This document shows, one piece after another, positions 28,698-36,887 of a stretch of 64,000 nucleotides of DNA. The translations under genes and the position numbers were made by a program. Origin of the DNA: Pseudomonadota bacterium (GTDB lineage Bacteria > Bdellovibrionota_B > Oligoflexia > Oligoflexales > RGVZ01); NCBI GenBank assembly GCA_041178085.1, contig JBEGVZ010000037.1, positions 8,733 through 72,732 on the forward strand, read 5' to 3'. Under the pieces are notes generated by a model. That model made no database searches and was not told where the DNA came from. It saw nothing but the letters and a program-made list of their open reading frames with translations. Positions within the stretch are counted from its first letter, which is position 1. Every line of letters starts with the position of its first letter.

Positions 28698-28729
28698 GAC
28701 GACCCTCTTCTGATTGATTAAAAATAGTC

Positions 28730-30511
28730 TCAGCGGTCAAACCACCGACCGATTTGGTCGGATTCCCACCAGCGGAAAACGCGCCGTCCATGGGGACAAT
28801 TATGCTGAAAGTCGACTTCAGAAGCCTCACGCATCAAGCGAGCAAGCTCATCTGGGCCCAGTTCCTCGCCAGCACGGACCGCACTATGACAAGCATAAGT
28901 CGCCAGAAGGTCCTGCGCCAGATCCGCCGTTGCGCTGGATCCAAATCCCTTTTGTGAAAGAAGCGACAGCATTTCTTGCGGATCGCGATGGGCAAGGATC
29001 GACGGCACGCCCGCAACTTCGACGGACGTCTCGCCAGTGATTTCCAAGGCGAATCCATTGTCAACAAGGGTTGTCAGCCCTGACCGCAAAGCATCAATCG
29101 ATGCAGCTGGTAACTCCACCAACTCCGGGATCATGAGAGTCTGGGACTGATGAAGAAGCGTACGGTCACGCGAGAGACGCTCGAAGATAATCCGCTCGTG
29201 CCAGGCGTGCTGATCCACGGCAAGCAGGCGGTCGCCATCGGTGAACATAAGGTAGCATTTGCCGACACTGCCCAGGAACTTCATCTGCGCCCAAGGGATC
29301 TCAGCGGGTGCAGCCTGTGAAAAATCGGGAGCATCATCGCGGACAGGCACGGTGACCGCATCGTACACGCGGCGGGTTGCGGACGCCATGGGGCTTGGCC
29401 GCCAGGATGTCGTCGCTGGCGTGGCCCAGACTTCGCGTACGGGGGTGTTTTCATCCATGACTGGTGCTGGCGAGAACATCGGCCGGGCCCAATCACCTTT
29501 GCGCAGGGCCTTCATGATCGCACGCACAACCACCGCCTGAACCTCGGAACCATACTGGAAGCGGACTTCGGTCTTGGCCGGATGGACGTTCACATCGACC
29601 AGTGCAGGGTCGACCGTCACATGCAGTGCAACGACCGGGTATTTTCCTTTGAGCAGATGGCTGTGATACCCGCGCTGGATCGCATAGCGCAGGGTCTTGT
29701 CTTTGACCCAACGGTGGTTCACGAACGTGAACATCGACTTGCTATTGACCTTTTCTACCCCGGGCGGAGAGACAAGACCCTCTACCGAAGCGTGGACGTC
29801 AGCCTCGTGCACATAGATCAACTGCGCTGCGACTTCGTTGCCGAATACGGCTGCGGCGCGCGTACGCAAGGCGCTTTCGCCGATTCGCCCGTCTTCGGGT
29901 TGAGCGGCAGCCGCGGCGACGACTTCGCGACGGTTGTTCACAAGGCGAAGGCGCACGGCAGGCCAACACAAGATCGCCGCATCAAAAAATTCGGACACCG
30001 CACCAAGTTCAGACGCGGGCGATTTCAAGAACTTCAAACGCGCGGGGACGTTGAAAAAAAGATCGCGACAAGAAAGGGACGTCCCGGGGGCCGCGGCAAC
30101 GTTCCGCTTAACTTCCGGGTTTGCCGATCCATCCAGCTCGATGCGGGTTCCAGCCGCTGCAGAGCGCTCCCTGGTGGTAAGCGTTAGCCGGGACACGGAT
30201 GCGATGGAGGCAAGAGCCTCCCCCCGAAAACCCATCGACGATGCTACATAGAGGTCGTCCACCGAACGGATCTTGCTGGTCGCATGGCGCCGCAAAGCCA
30301 AGAGGGCATCCCCCTCTTCCATCCCGCAACCATCGTCGACCACGGCGATCGACTTGCAGCCCCCGTCTACAAGTTCGACCTGAACGTCACGGGCGCCGGC
30401 ATCGAGGGCGTTTTCCACCAGCTCCTTCACCACACTGGCGGGGCGCTCGACCACTTCGCCCGCGGCGATCTGGTTGATGACGTCATCGGCCAAAAGCTGG
30501 ATCTTACCCAC
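28730..30511 (-). CDS. mutL: DNA mismatch repair protein MutL
   Basis: GTG start with an AGGAG RBS. MGKIQLLADDVINQIAAGEVVERPASVVKELVENALDAGA is the GHKL ATPase N-terminus. C-terminal dimerisation domain ...CPHGRRVF. Confidence 0.95.
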   Translation of the reverse strand: MGKIQLLADDVINQIAAGEVVERPASVVKELVENALDAGARDVQVELVDGGCKSIAVVDDGCGMEEGDALLALRRHATSKIRSVDDLYVASSMGFRGEALASIASVSRLTLTTRERSAAAGTRIELDGSANPEVKRNVAAAPGTSLSCRDLFFNVPARLKFLKSPASELGAVSEFFDAAILCWPAVRLRLVNNRREVVAAAAAQPEDGRIGESALRTRAAAVFGNEVAAQLIYVHEADVHASVEGLVSPPGVEKVNSKSMFTFVNHRWVKDKTLRYAIQRGYHSHLLKGKYPVVALHVTVDPALVDVNVHPAKTEVRFQYGSEVQAVVVRAIMKALRKGDWARPMFSPAPVMDENTPVREVWATPATTSWRPSPMASATRRVYDAVTVPVRDDAPDFSQAAPAEIPWAQMKFLGSVGKCYLMFTDGDRLLAVDQHAWHERIIFERLSRDRTLLHQSQTLMIPELVELPAASIDALRSGLTTLVDNGFALEITGETSVEVAGVPSILAHRDPQEMLSLLSQKGFGSSATADLAQDLLATYACHSAVRAGEELGPDELARLMREASEVDFQHNCPHGRRVFRWWESDQIGRWFDR

Positions 30512-30729
30512 GGTGAACTCCTGCGACGATACAACACGCGGCCCAAATAATGGCCGCGCGACCGGTTGATAGAGACTGTAATTAACGCAGTCTATATCAC
30601 CGCTATGGGAAGCCGTCCACAGTGGGGAAAACCGATTCAGTGCCGACGATCCAGGGATCCGAATGGTTTGACTAAATGACTTACAACATCCGATTTTTAT
30701 CGTTTTCGCCGAGCGCCCCTTAACCAGCC

Positions 30730-30773
30730 AAAAAAGGAACCCCGGAGCACCCCTTCAGGGGCCTCTCCGGGTT
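30730..30773 (-). terminator. rho-independent terminator downstream of the repeat lipoprotein gene
   Basis: The minus strand reads AACCCGGAGAGGCCCCTGAAGGGGTGCTCCGGGGTTCCTTTTTT, a long GC stem followed by a T-run. It lies 40 nt after the stop at 30813. Confidence 0.75.
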
Positions 30774-30812
30774 AAGGTTAGGTCGGACTCAATATCGAAA
30801 CATCTACATAAG

Positions 30813-32012
30813 TTACAGACTCTGATCCACGGCCGAAGTACCTGACGCACCCGAGGAGGCGGACATGCATGCTTGGCAAACGCGGTTACACTCACTATCC
30901 GCGTCATGATAAACCCGCTGACAGGTCGACAGACATGATGCTCGTTCGGCCGAACCCGCGGGGAAGGTGTAGCAACCTCGTTGAGCTATACAATCACCCT
31001 TCGCATTACCGGCCATATCAAGACAAAACTCGGGACAACTCCGGTCTCCGGGGTTCGCGTAAGAACCGGAACAATCCGGAGCGGGCGGGGTATCAGGGCT
31101 GTTGCCACCGGGCGTCGTTGGCGGAGTCTCGGGCGTCGTTGGCGGAGTCTCCGGCGTCGTTGGCGGAGTCTCCGGCGTCGTTGGCGGAGTCTCCGGCGTC
31201 GTTGGCGGAGTCTCGGGCGTCGTTGGCGGAGTCTCGGGCGTCGTTGGCGGAGTCTCGGGCGTCGTTGGCGGAGTCTCGGGCGTCGTTGGCGGAGTACCGG
31301 GATTGTTTGGCGGTGACGGCGGCTGAGGGGGGTTGCATTGGTTTTGCACTTCGGGAACGTTACAGGTGCAGTAAACTGTCGATCCGATCACAGACCCTGG
31401 CACCGGCCATACGATTACACCACTTGGGGGGGGGGCTTTGCAGCAATAACCCGAGGGTGACGCCTCATTATTATTCCCACAAGTCGTCGGATCTTTCTTG
31501 GGCTGCTTGGGGGCGGCGGGAGGACAAGCGCATCCGCCCCTCTTGTTGTTCCGCGCGGAACCGCGCTGAGCGTTGTTAATTTCCCCTGAAAACAGCTTCG
31601 ACGATTCCGTTATAACGACGTATGCCGAACCCCCTGAACTATGATCGCTGCAATTATCTGTGGAGCACGGGGTCACTAGTTCATCGAAAAGTAACCCGGA
31701 AGATGCCTCATCTGTAGAAAGACCCAAACTTGGGCTTTGAGCCTTGCGGACGTTAGTAAGCGTCATCAGTCCTGCATTCGGTGAATTCAACGATTTCACC
31801 TCTCCAGTCAGCGTTGTTCCGACCAGAGAACTAGTCAGGCCGGAGTCTTCCCGCATCCCCACGGCACTCATCGCGTCAGAGAACCCACTGGGCACTGCCG
31901 GCGACCGCGAACCCGCGGATGAATCGCTAGATTTCTTCGAACAACCAACTAACGCCAGCCCGGTCAACACCGGGACGAGCAGAACCTTGAATTTCAGACG
32001 TGTGCCCACCAT
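30813..32012 (-). CDS. cysteine-rich lipoprotein with TPETPPT tandem repeats
   Basis: AAGGGGGG RBS and ATG 32012. Lipobox LALVGC|S. Ser-rich N-terminal region. 21 Cys. About 9 copies of TPETPPT, then a ~80-aa Cys-rich C-terminal module. Confidence 0.7.
   Translation of the reverse strand: MVGTRLKFKVLLVPVLTGLALVGCSKKSSDSSAGSRSPAVPSGFSDAMSAVGMREDSGLTSSLVGTTLTGEVKSLNSPNAGLMTLTNVRKAQSPSLGLSTDEASSGLLFDELVTPCSTDNCSDHSSGGSAYVVITESSKLFSGEINNAQRGSARNNKRGGCACPPAAPKQPKKDPTTCGNNNEASPSGYCCKAPPPSGVIVWPVPGSVIGSTVYCTCNVPEVQNQCNPPQPPSPPNNPGTPPTTPETPPTTPETPPTTPETPPTTPETPPTTPETPPTTPETPPTTPETPPTTPETPPTTPGGNSPDTPPAPDCSGSYANPGDRSCPEFCLDMAGNAKGDCIAQRGCYTFPAGSAERASCLSTCQRVYHDADSECNRVCQACMSASSGASGTSAVDQSL
31110..31296 (-). 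repeat. near-perfect 21-bp tandem repeat (~9 copies), in frame
   Basis: The unit GGCGTCGTTGGCGGAGTCTC[G/C] is repeated head-to-tail. The only polymorphism is a synonymous CCC/CCG Pro codon. It generates shadow ORFs in several frames. Confidence 0.95.
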
Positions 32013-32278
32013 GTTCCCCCCTTTGTCGCGAAATTCTCGACTCAGGGGCGTTCGGTTGTTTGGGACAAAACTTTAGGGGCGAGGGGGGGCTAGGCAAAAA
32101 AATCCGATTAATTAACGCTTACCGGCACTTATCTTGGATATTTCCACAAACCAAACCGCAAAAAGGCTGTGTGTCGACCGACCAAGTATTCTCGCACTGT
32201 CTGCGAATTTAGATTATGAGGGGAGCTTCCTAAGGACACGATCTACCTGATATCCGGTCCACCGGAGGCAATTCGACC

Positions 32279-32881
32279 ATGGACGCCCAATACATCACCA
32301 GCGCCGCCGAGGCCCACCAGCTGCCCGCCCCTACCGGGCCTGAAGTGGCGTTTTTCGGCCGCTCCAACGTCGGAAAATCCACGCTGCTCAATGCTATCGC
32401 CGGCAGAAAGGGCCTGGCCCGGACCAGCAACACGCCGGGACGGACCCAGATGGCGAACTTCTTTTCCGTGAAATTTCCGGGGGGTAAGTCCCTGACCATG
32501 GTCGACTTGCCGGGGTACGGCTTTGCCCAGGCGGGGGCCAACACGCGCAAAAAGTGGGAATCCCTGGTCGGCGCCTACCTGGAACGCACCAACGTCAAAC
32601 TCTACATCATGCTGCTCGACAGCCGCAGGGCTCTGGACGACGACGGAATGGACCCGGTGGACGGCAGCCTGGTCAGCGACCTTGCCCGGCGGGGGACCGT
32701 GCTGCTCGCATTGACCAAAACGGACAAGCTTTCCCAGCGCGACGCGCAAGCTGCGTTGAAGAATACAACCTCCGCCGTCAAAGGACTGCCGACCGTCGAA
32801 GTAATGCTGGTTTCAGCGGAAAAGATGCGGGGCGTGAAAGAGATCCGCAACCTGCTCCTGGAAGCCGCTGGCGCTGGCTGA
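32279..32881 (+). CDS. engB: ribosome biogenesis GTPase EngB/YsxC/YihA
   Basis: GGAGG RBS. G1 FFGRSNVGKSTLLNAI, G3 DLPGYGF and G4 TKTDK. Confidence 0.9.
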   Translation: MDAQYITSAAEAHQLPAPTGPEVAFFGRSNVGKSTLLNAIAGRKGLARTSNTPGRTQMANFFSVKFPGGKSLTMVDLPGYGFAQAGANTRKKWESLVGAYLERTNVKLYIMLLDSRRALDDDGMDPVDGSLVSDLARRGTVLLALTKTDKLSQRDAQAALKNTTSAVKGLPTVEVMLVSAEKMRGVKEIRNLLLEAAGAG

Positions 32882-33039
32882 ATCATCAGCACGACTAAAC
32901 AACCTCCCAGCTTGATATGTTTTGCTGAATTGCGACTACCGGGGCCTGTGAGCTATTCCGGGTCGTGAAAATCGTGCGCCGGGCGCTCAAGGAGCGTTGA
33001 TTGTTTCAGACCGCGCATCAATCCATCCGGGAGATAAAC

Positions 33040-33576
33040 ATGAAGGCATTCCTTGTCCGGGCAGCGCTTCTTTTGACGACGGCAAATTTTATCGCGTCTT
33101 GTGGATCCATGTCCGTCACCCCACAGGACGCAAAGGCGCTTGGGGCAATCACTGGAACCCAAGACTTTGAATGCATCATGGGCCGCCGGACTTGGCTTGG
33201 GAACCTGCACGTCAATCTGCGCGTGACGGGACAGTTCGATCCTGAGGGAAGGCTCGGACGCGTGCGCATAGCGCGCCTTCCAGGCGCTCCGGTCAGGTAT
33301 GACGTTGTCGCGCAGTCGGCGATAAACAAAGCAGCTACTGAAATGTTCCAGACAGAGCTACTCCGGGAGGATGGCGCTGCTTTCTATCAGGCATACATTA
33401 CTGTCCTGAGTAAACGATTCGCTGGACCAATTGAACATTTCACTGTCATTGGGGCCAGAAAAGAAAACTTTTATGAAGCAAGGTACACGTGGCGCGATCT
33501 CCACCAGAATGAGACGGCGGGAGTCGGCGCGTGCCACCTGGATGTTGATTCCATGTCACGAGCGACCAAGGGCTAG
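33040..33576 (+). CDS. hypothetical lipoprotein
   Basis: GGGAGA RBS before ATG 33040. Lipobox ANFIASC|G. No recognisable domain. Confidence 0.55.
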   Translation: MKAFLVRAALLLTTANFIASCGSMSVTPQDAKALGAITGTQDFECIMGRRTWLGNLHVNLRVTGQFDPEGRLGRVRIARLPGAPVRYDVVAQSAINKAATEMFQTELLREDGAAFYQAYITVLSKRFAGPIEHFTVIGARKENFYEARYTWRDLHQNETAGVGACHLDVDSMSRATKG

Positions 33577-33872
33577 TCGATAGCCGCCTGCTTTTTGAGC
33601 ACCTTTTCGCAAACATCCCAGAGCTTTTCCTTGCCCTCAAGATGCCGGATCAGGGTGCCCAGGCGGTGGGATAGAAGCCCCGCCAAATCACGTGGTTCGA
33701 CATCGCCTGCTTCCAGGTGGCGCAGGACGATGGCGTCGATTTCATTCGAGATTTTTATCAGCGTACGGGCTTCGTCGTCGATCCGGCCACGGGCGATCTT
33801 TTCGCGGCGCCGGGCGTGATCAGCCAGCTGGATTACCTTCGATTTACCACCTTCGGATTTACCACCTGCCAT
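33573..33872 (-). CDS. small hypothetical helical protein (99 aa)
   Basis: Strong GAGGAGGG RBS. N-terminus MAGGKSEGGKSK comes from a duplicated 15-nt unit. The rest is a charged helical sequence. Its stop overlaps the convergent gene's stop by 4 nt. Confidence 0.55.
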   Translation of the reverse strand: MAGGKSEGGKSKVIQLADHARRREKIARGRIDDEARTLIKISNEIDAIVLRHLEAGDVEPRDLAGLLSHRLGTLIRHLEGKEKLWDVCEKVLKKQAAID

Positions 33873-34073
33873 CGGGTCACCCTCCTCGTCGTCCGCCCCT
33901 GCCCCACCGGGGAAAAGACAGGACTTTCAGTGAGTATCGGTAAAAATCCCCCACAACTGGAGCGGGTCCCTTGCAACCTCAAGTAACGCTTCAATTTTCC
34001 AGCGTTCCTGATATACCTGACCCTCAAGTTATTTTACGACGAATCCGCGCTTTTGAGGAGGCCCGGCAAATTT

Positions 34074-35471
34074 ATGGCAGCTGCAAACGCTTTTGATCTG
34101 GTTGTGATTGGTTCTGGACCTGGCGGCTATGTCGGAGCAATCCGCGCAGCCCAGCTCGGCATGAAAGTGGCGATTGTCGAGAAAGCCCCCCACTTGGGTG
34201 GAACCTGCCTTAACTGGGGCTGCATTCCGACCAAAGCGCTTTTGGAATCCGCCAAGACCTGGGACAAGCTCAAACACATCGAAGAGCTCGGCTTCAAAGC
34301 AGGCAGTCCGGCCTACGACTGGGCCCGCATCATGGGCCGCAAAGAAGGCATCGTGGACTCCCAGCGCAAGGGCCTGCGCTTCCTGATGAAGAAAAACAAG
34401 ATCGAAGTGTTTGAAGGCCATGGCCGCCTGGCTGGCCCCGGCAAGGTTGGCGTGACGGGCGCCGACGGCAAAGTGACTACCGTCGAGACGAAAAAAGTCC
34501 TGCTCGCCACGGGATCGCGGATTCGCCAGCTGCCGTTTGCCAAGAGCAACGGCAAGTCCATCCTCTCGTCTGATGACGTTCTGTCGATCACAGAAGTGCC
34601 AAAGTCGATGGCGGTGATCGGTGGTGGCGTGGTCGGCATCGAGTTTGCGTCACTGTTCGCCCGATTCGGCACGCAAGTGACCGTGATCGAAGTCGCGACA
34701 CAGATCCTGCCCTTTGAGGACGAGGAAACCGTAGGCGAGCTGGTCAAGAACCTGAAGAAGCAAGGGGTCACGTTCGAAGTCGGCACCAAGGTGACCGCCA
34801 TCACAGACAACGGCGGCAAGTCGGCATCGGTGACTTTGGAAGGCGGCAAGCCGCGCGAATTTGAACGCGTACTCGTTTCGATCGGCCGCGAGCCGGTGAC
34901 CAATGACATCGGCTTGGAGCTGGCGGGGGTCAAGACTGACCGCGGTTATGTGACGACGGATTCTCACTACAAGACCAACGTAGACTGGATCTATGCGATC
35001 GGTGATATCCTGACCACCCCTGCCCTCGCCCACACGGCATCGGCGGAAGCCATCCATGCGGTCGAAGCGATCGCAGGGAAAAACCCGAATGTGATTAACT
35101 ACCAGGCCAACCCGAGCGCGATTTACTGCTACCCGGAAATCGCCAGCATCGGGATGACCGAGCAGACGCTCAAGCAAAAGAAGATCGATTACAAGTCGGG
35201 TAAATTTCCGTTCTCGCCCATGGCCAAGGCCAAGATCGAAAACGCGACCGAAGGCTTCATCAAGATTCTGTTTGAACCCAAGTACCGGGAGATCCTGGGC
35301 GTGCATATCGTCGGCGCAAAGGCGACCGAACTGATTGCGGAATTTGCCCTTGGCAAGGTGCTTGAAACGACTGTCGATGAAATCGGCCAGACCATCCATC
35401 CGCACCCGACCATTTCGGAGACGGTGATGGAGGCAGCGCATGCTGCCCTGGGCCACGCGATCCACATGTAA
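34074..35471 (+). CDS. lpdA: dihydrolipoyl dehydrogenase (E3)
   Basis: FAD motif FDLVVIGSGPGGYVGAIRAAQLG, redox disulfide GGTCLNWGCIPTKALL, NAD motif VIGGGVVGIEFA and C-terminal HPHPTISE. Confidence 0.95.
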   Translation: MAAANAFDLVVIGSGPGGYVGAIRAAQLGMKVAIVEKAPHLGGTCLNWGCIPTKALLESAKTWDKLKHIEELGFKAGSPAYDWARIMGRKEGIVDSQRKGLRFLMKKNKIEVFEGHGRLAGPGKVGVTGADGKVTTVETKKVLLATGSRIRQLPFAKSNGKSILSSDDVLSITEVPKSMAVIGGGVVGIEFASLFARFGTQVTVIEVATQILPFEDEETVGELVKNLKKQGVTFEVGTKVTAITDNGGKSASVTLEGGKPREFERVLVSIGREPVTNDIGLELAGVKTDRGYVTTDSHYKTNVDWIYAIGDILTTPALAHTASAEAIHAVEAIAGKNPNVINYQANPSAIYCYPEIASIGMTEQTLKQKKIDYKSGKFPFSPMAKAKIENATEGFIKILFEPKYREILGVHIVGAKATELIAEFALGKVLETTVDEIGQTIHPHPTISETVMEAAHAALGHAIHM

Positions 35472-35489
35472 CCGGAGATCGTCACGACG

Positions 35490-36878
35490 ATGGCAAACCA
35501 AATCGACATCCTGATGCCGCTCATGGGCGAAGGGATCAATGAAGCGACCCTGGTGAAATGGCTGAAAAAGCCGGGCGAAAAGGTTTCCAAATCGGAACCC
35601 CTCCTGGAAGTGTCAACCGACAAGGTCGATACGGAAATTCCAGCGCCAGCAGACGGTGTTCTGGTAGCGACGCTGGCAAAAGAGGGCGACGTCGTCCAAA
35701 TCAATACGGTGATCGCACAGATCACGTCGGATGGCAGTGTGCCCCAGGCGAAAGCGGCACAGCCAGCAGCGCCTGCGAAGCCTGCCGGAGCCGCGTCACC
35801 AGCGGCCCAGGTAAAGCCAGCGGCCGCGGCCAGTTCCCCCGTCAAAACGAATCCTGCGCCGGCGGCAAGACCGGCTGTTTCGCTGCCCCAGGCAAATCTA
35901 ACCTTGCCTGCGGCCCCGGCGAGCAGCGTCCGCTCATCGCCTCTAGTCCGCAAGATGGCGCGCGACCTGAACATAAACCTTGGCTACGTACCGGGCAGCG
36001 GCCTGAACGGACGTATCACCAAGCAAGATCTCGAGGGCTACGTTTCCAGTGGCCTGGCCGAACAACATGCCGCCCAAGCCAGCCAAGGTGCAAACGTCGT
36101 CTACGTTGCCACTCCGCAGGACGCCCTTGGCAAATCAGCGCGGGTGCAGACCCAGGTCATCGACGGCGTGGAGATGATGGAAGGCAATCCCGTTCGTCGC
36201 GAAAAAATGACGAAGATGCGGCGCTTGATCGCCGAACACATGGTGGAATCTGTGCGCGTTTCGCCGCACGTTACCACGGTGTTTGAAGTCGACTTGCACA
36301 ACGTTTTTGAAATCCGCGAAAAGCATCGCGCGGAATTTGAGAAACGTGAAGGTTTTAAGCTGACCTACACGCCGTTTTTCATCCACGCTGCCGTCCAGGC
36401 GATCAAGCAGCACCCGATCATCAACGTCTCTCTCGACGGCGATGACATCCTGTGGAAGGAAGACATCAACGTTGGCTGTGCCGTCGCCCTTGGCAACGGA
36501 CTGATCGTGCCGGTCATCAAAAAAGCGCAGGACCTGAGCCTTGCGGGCACGGCGCGCCGTTTGAATGACTTGGTCACCCGGGCGCGTAGCAAAAAACTTT
36601 TGCCAGAAGATGTCCAGGGCGGATCGTTTTCGATCACCAACCCAGGCGGCTTCGGCAGCTTGACGTCGAACCCGATCATCAACCAGCCCCAAGTGGCGAT
36701 TCTGGGGATCGGTGCAGTCGTGAAGCGGCCCGTTGTTGTCGATGACGCCATTGCCGTCCGCCCCATGATGCTGGTCAGCTTGACGTTTGACCATCGGGTT
36801 GTCGACGGGGAAGGCGGCGCCATGTATCTGGCCACGCTGAAGAAGATCCTCGAAAACTATAGCGAAATTCCCCTTTAG
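35490..36878 (+). CDS. 2-oxo acid dehydrogenase E2 component (dihydrolipoamide acyltransferase)
   Basis: Lipoyl domain LLEVSTDKVDTEIPAPADG. Ala/Pro linker. E3-binding domain SSPLVRKMARDLNINLGYVPGSGLNGRITKQD. Catalytic DHRVVDGEGG. Substrate class (PDH, OGDH or BCKDH) not resolved. Confidence 0.88.
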   Translation: MANQIDILMPLMGEGINEATLVKWLKKPGEKVSKSEPLLEVSTDKVDTEIPAPADGVLVATLAKEGDVVQINTVIAQITSDGSVPQAKAAQPAAPAKPAGAASPAAQVKPAAAASSPVKTNPAPAARPAVSLPQANLTLPAAPASSVRSSPLVRKMARDLNINLGYVPGSGLNGRITKQDLEGYVSSGLAEQHAAQASQGANVVYVATPQDALGKSARVQTQVIDGVEMMEGNPVRREKMTKMRRLIAEHMVESVRVSPHVTTVFEVDLHNVFEIREKHRAEFEKREGFKLTYTPFFIHAAVQAIKQHPIINVSLDGDDILWKEDINVGCAVALGNGLIVPVIKKAQDLSLAGTARRLNDLVTRARSKKLLPEDVQGGSFSITNPGGFGSLTSNPIINQPQVAILGIGAVVKRPVVVDDAIAVRPMMLVSLTFDHRVVDGEGGAMYLATLKKILENYSEIPL

Positions 36879-36887
36879 CGTGATGCT

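Noticed and set aside
30869-31579. Several ORFs across the 21-bp repeat (236 aa and 111 aa on plus, 81 aa on minus, 74 aa on plus) with SLAESRA, RRWRSLG or GVVGGVS repeats. I also briefly considered whether the regular repeats could be a CRISPR array.
   Set aside because: All are alternative frames of the same tandem repeat. The repeats are contiguous with no spacers, have a 21-bp period, and sit inside a long lipoprotein ORF. There are no cas genes, so this is not a CRISPR array.
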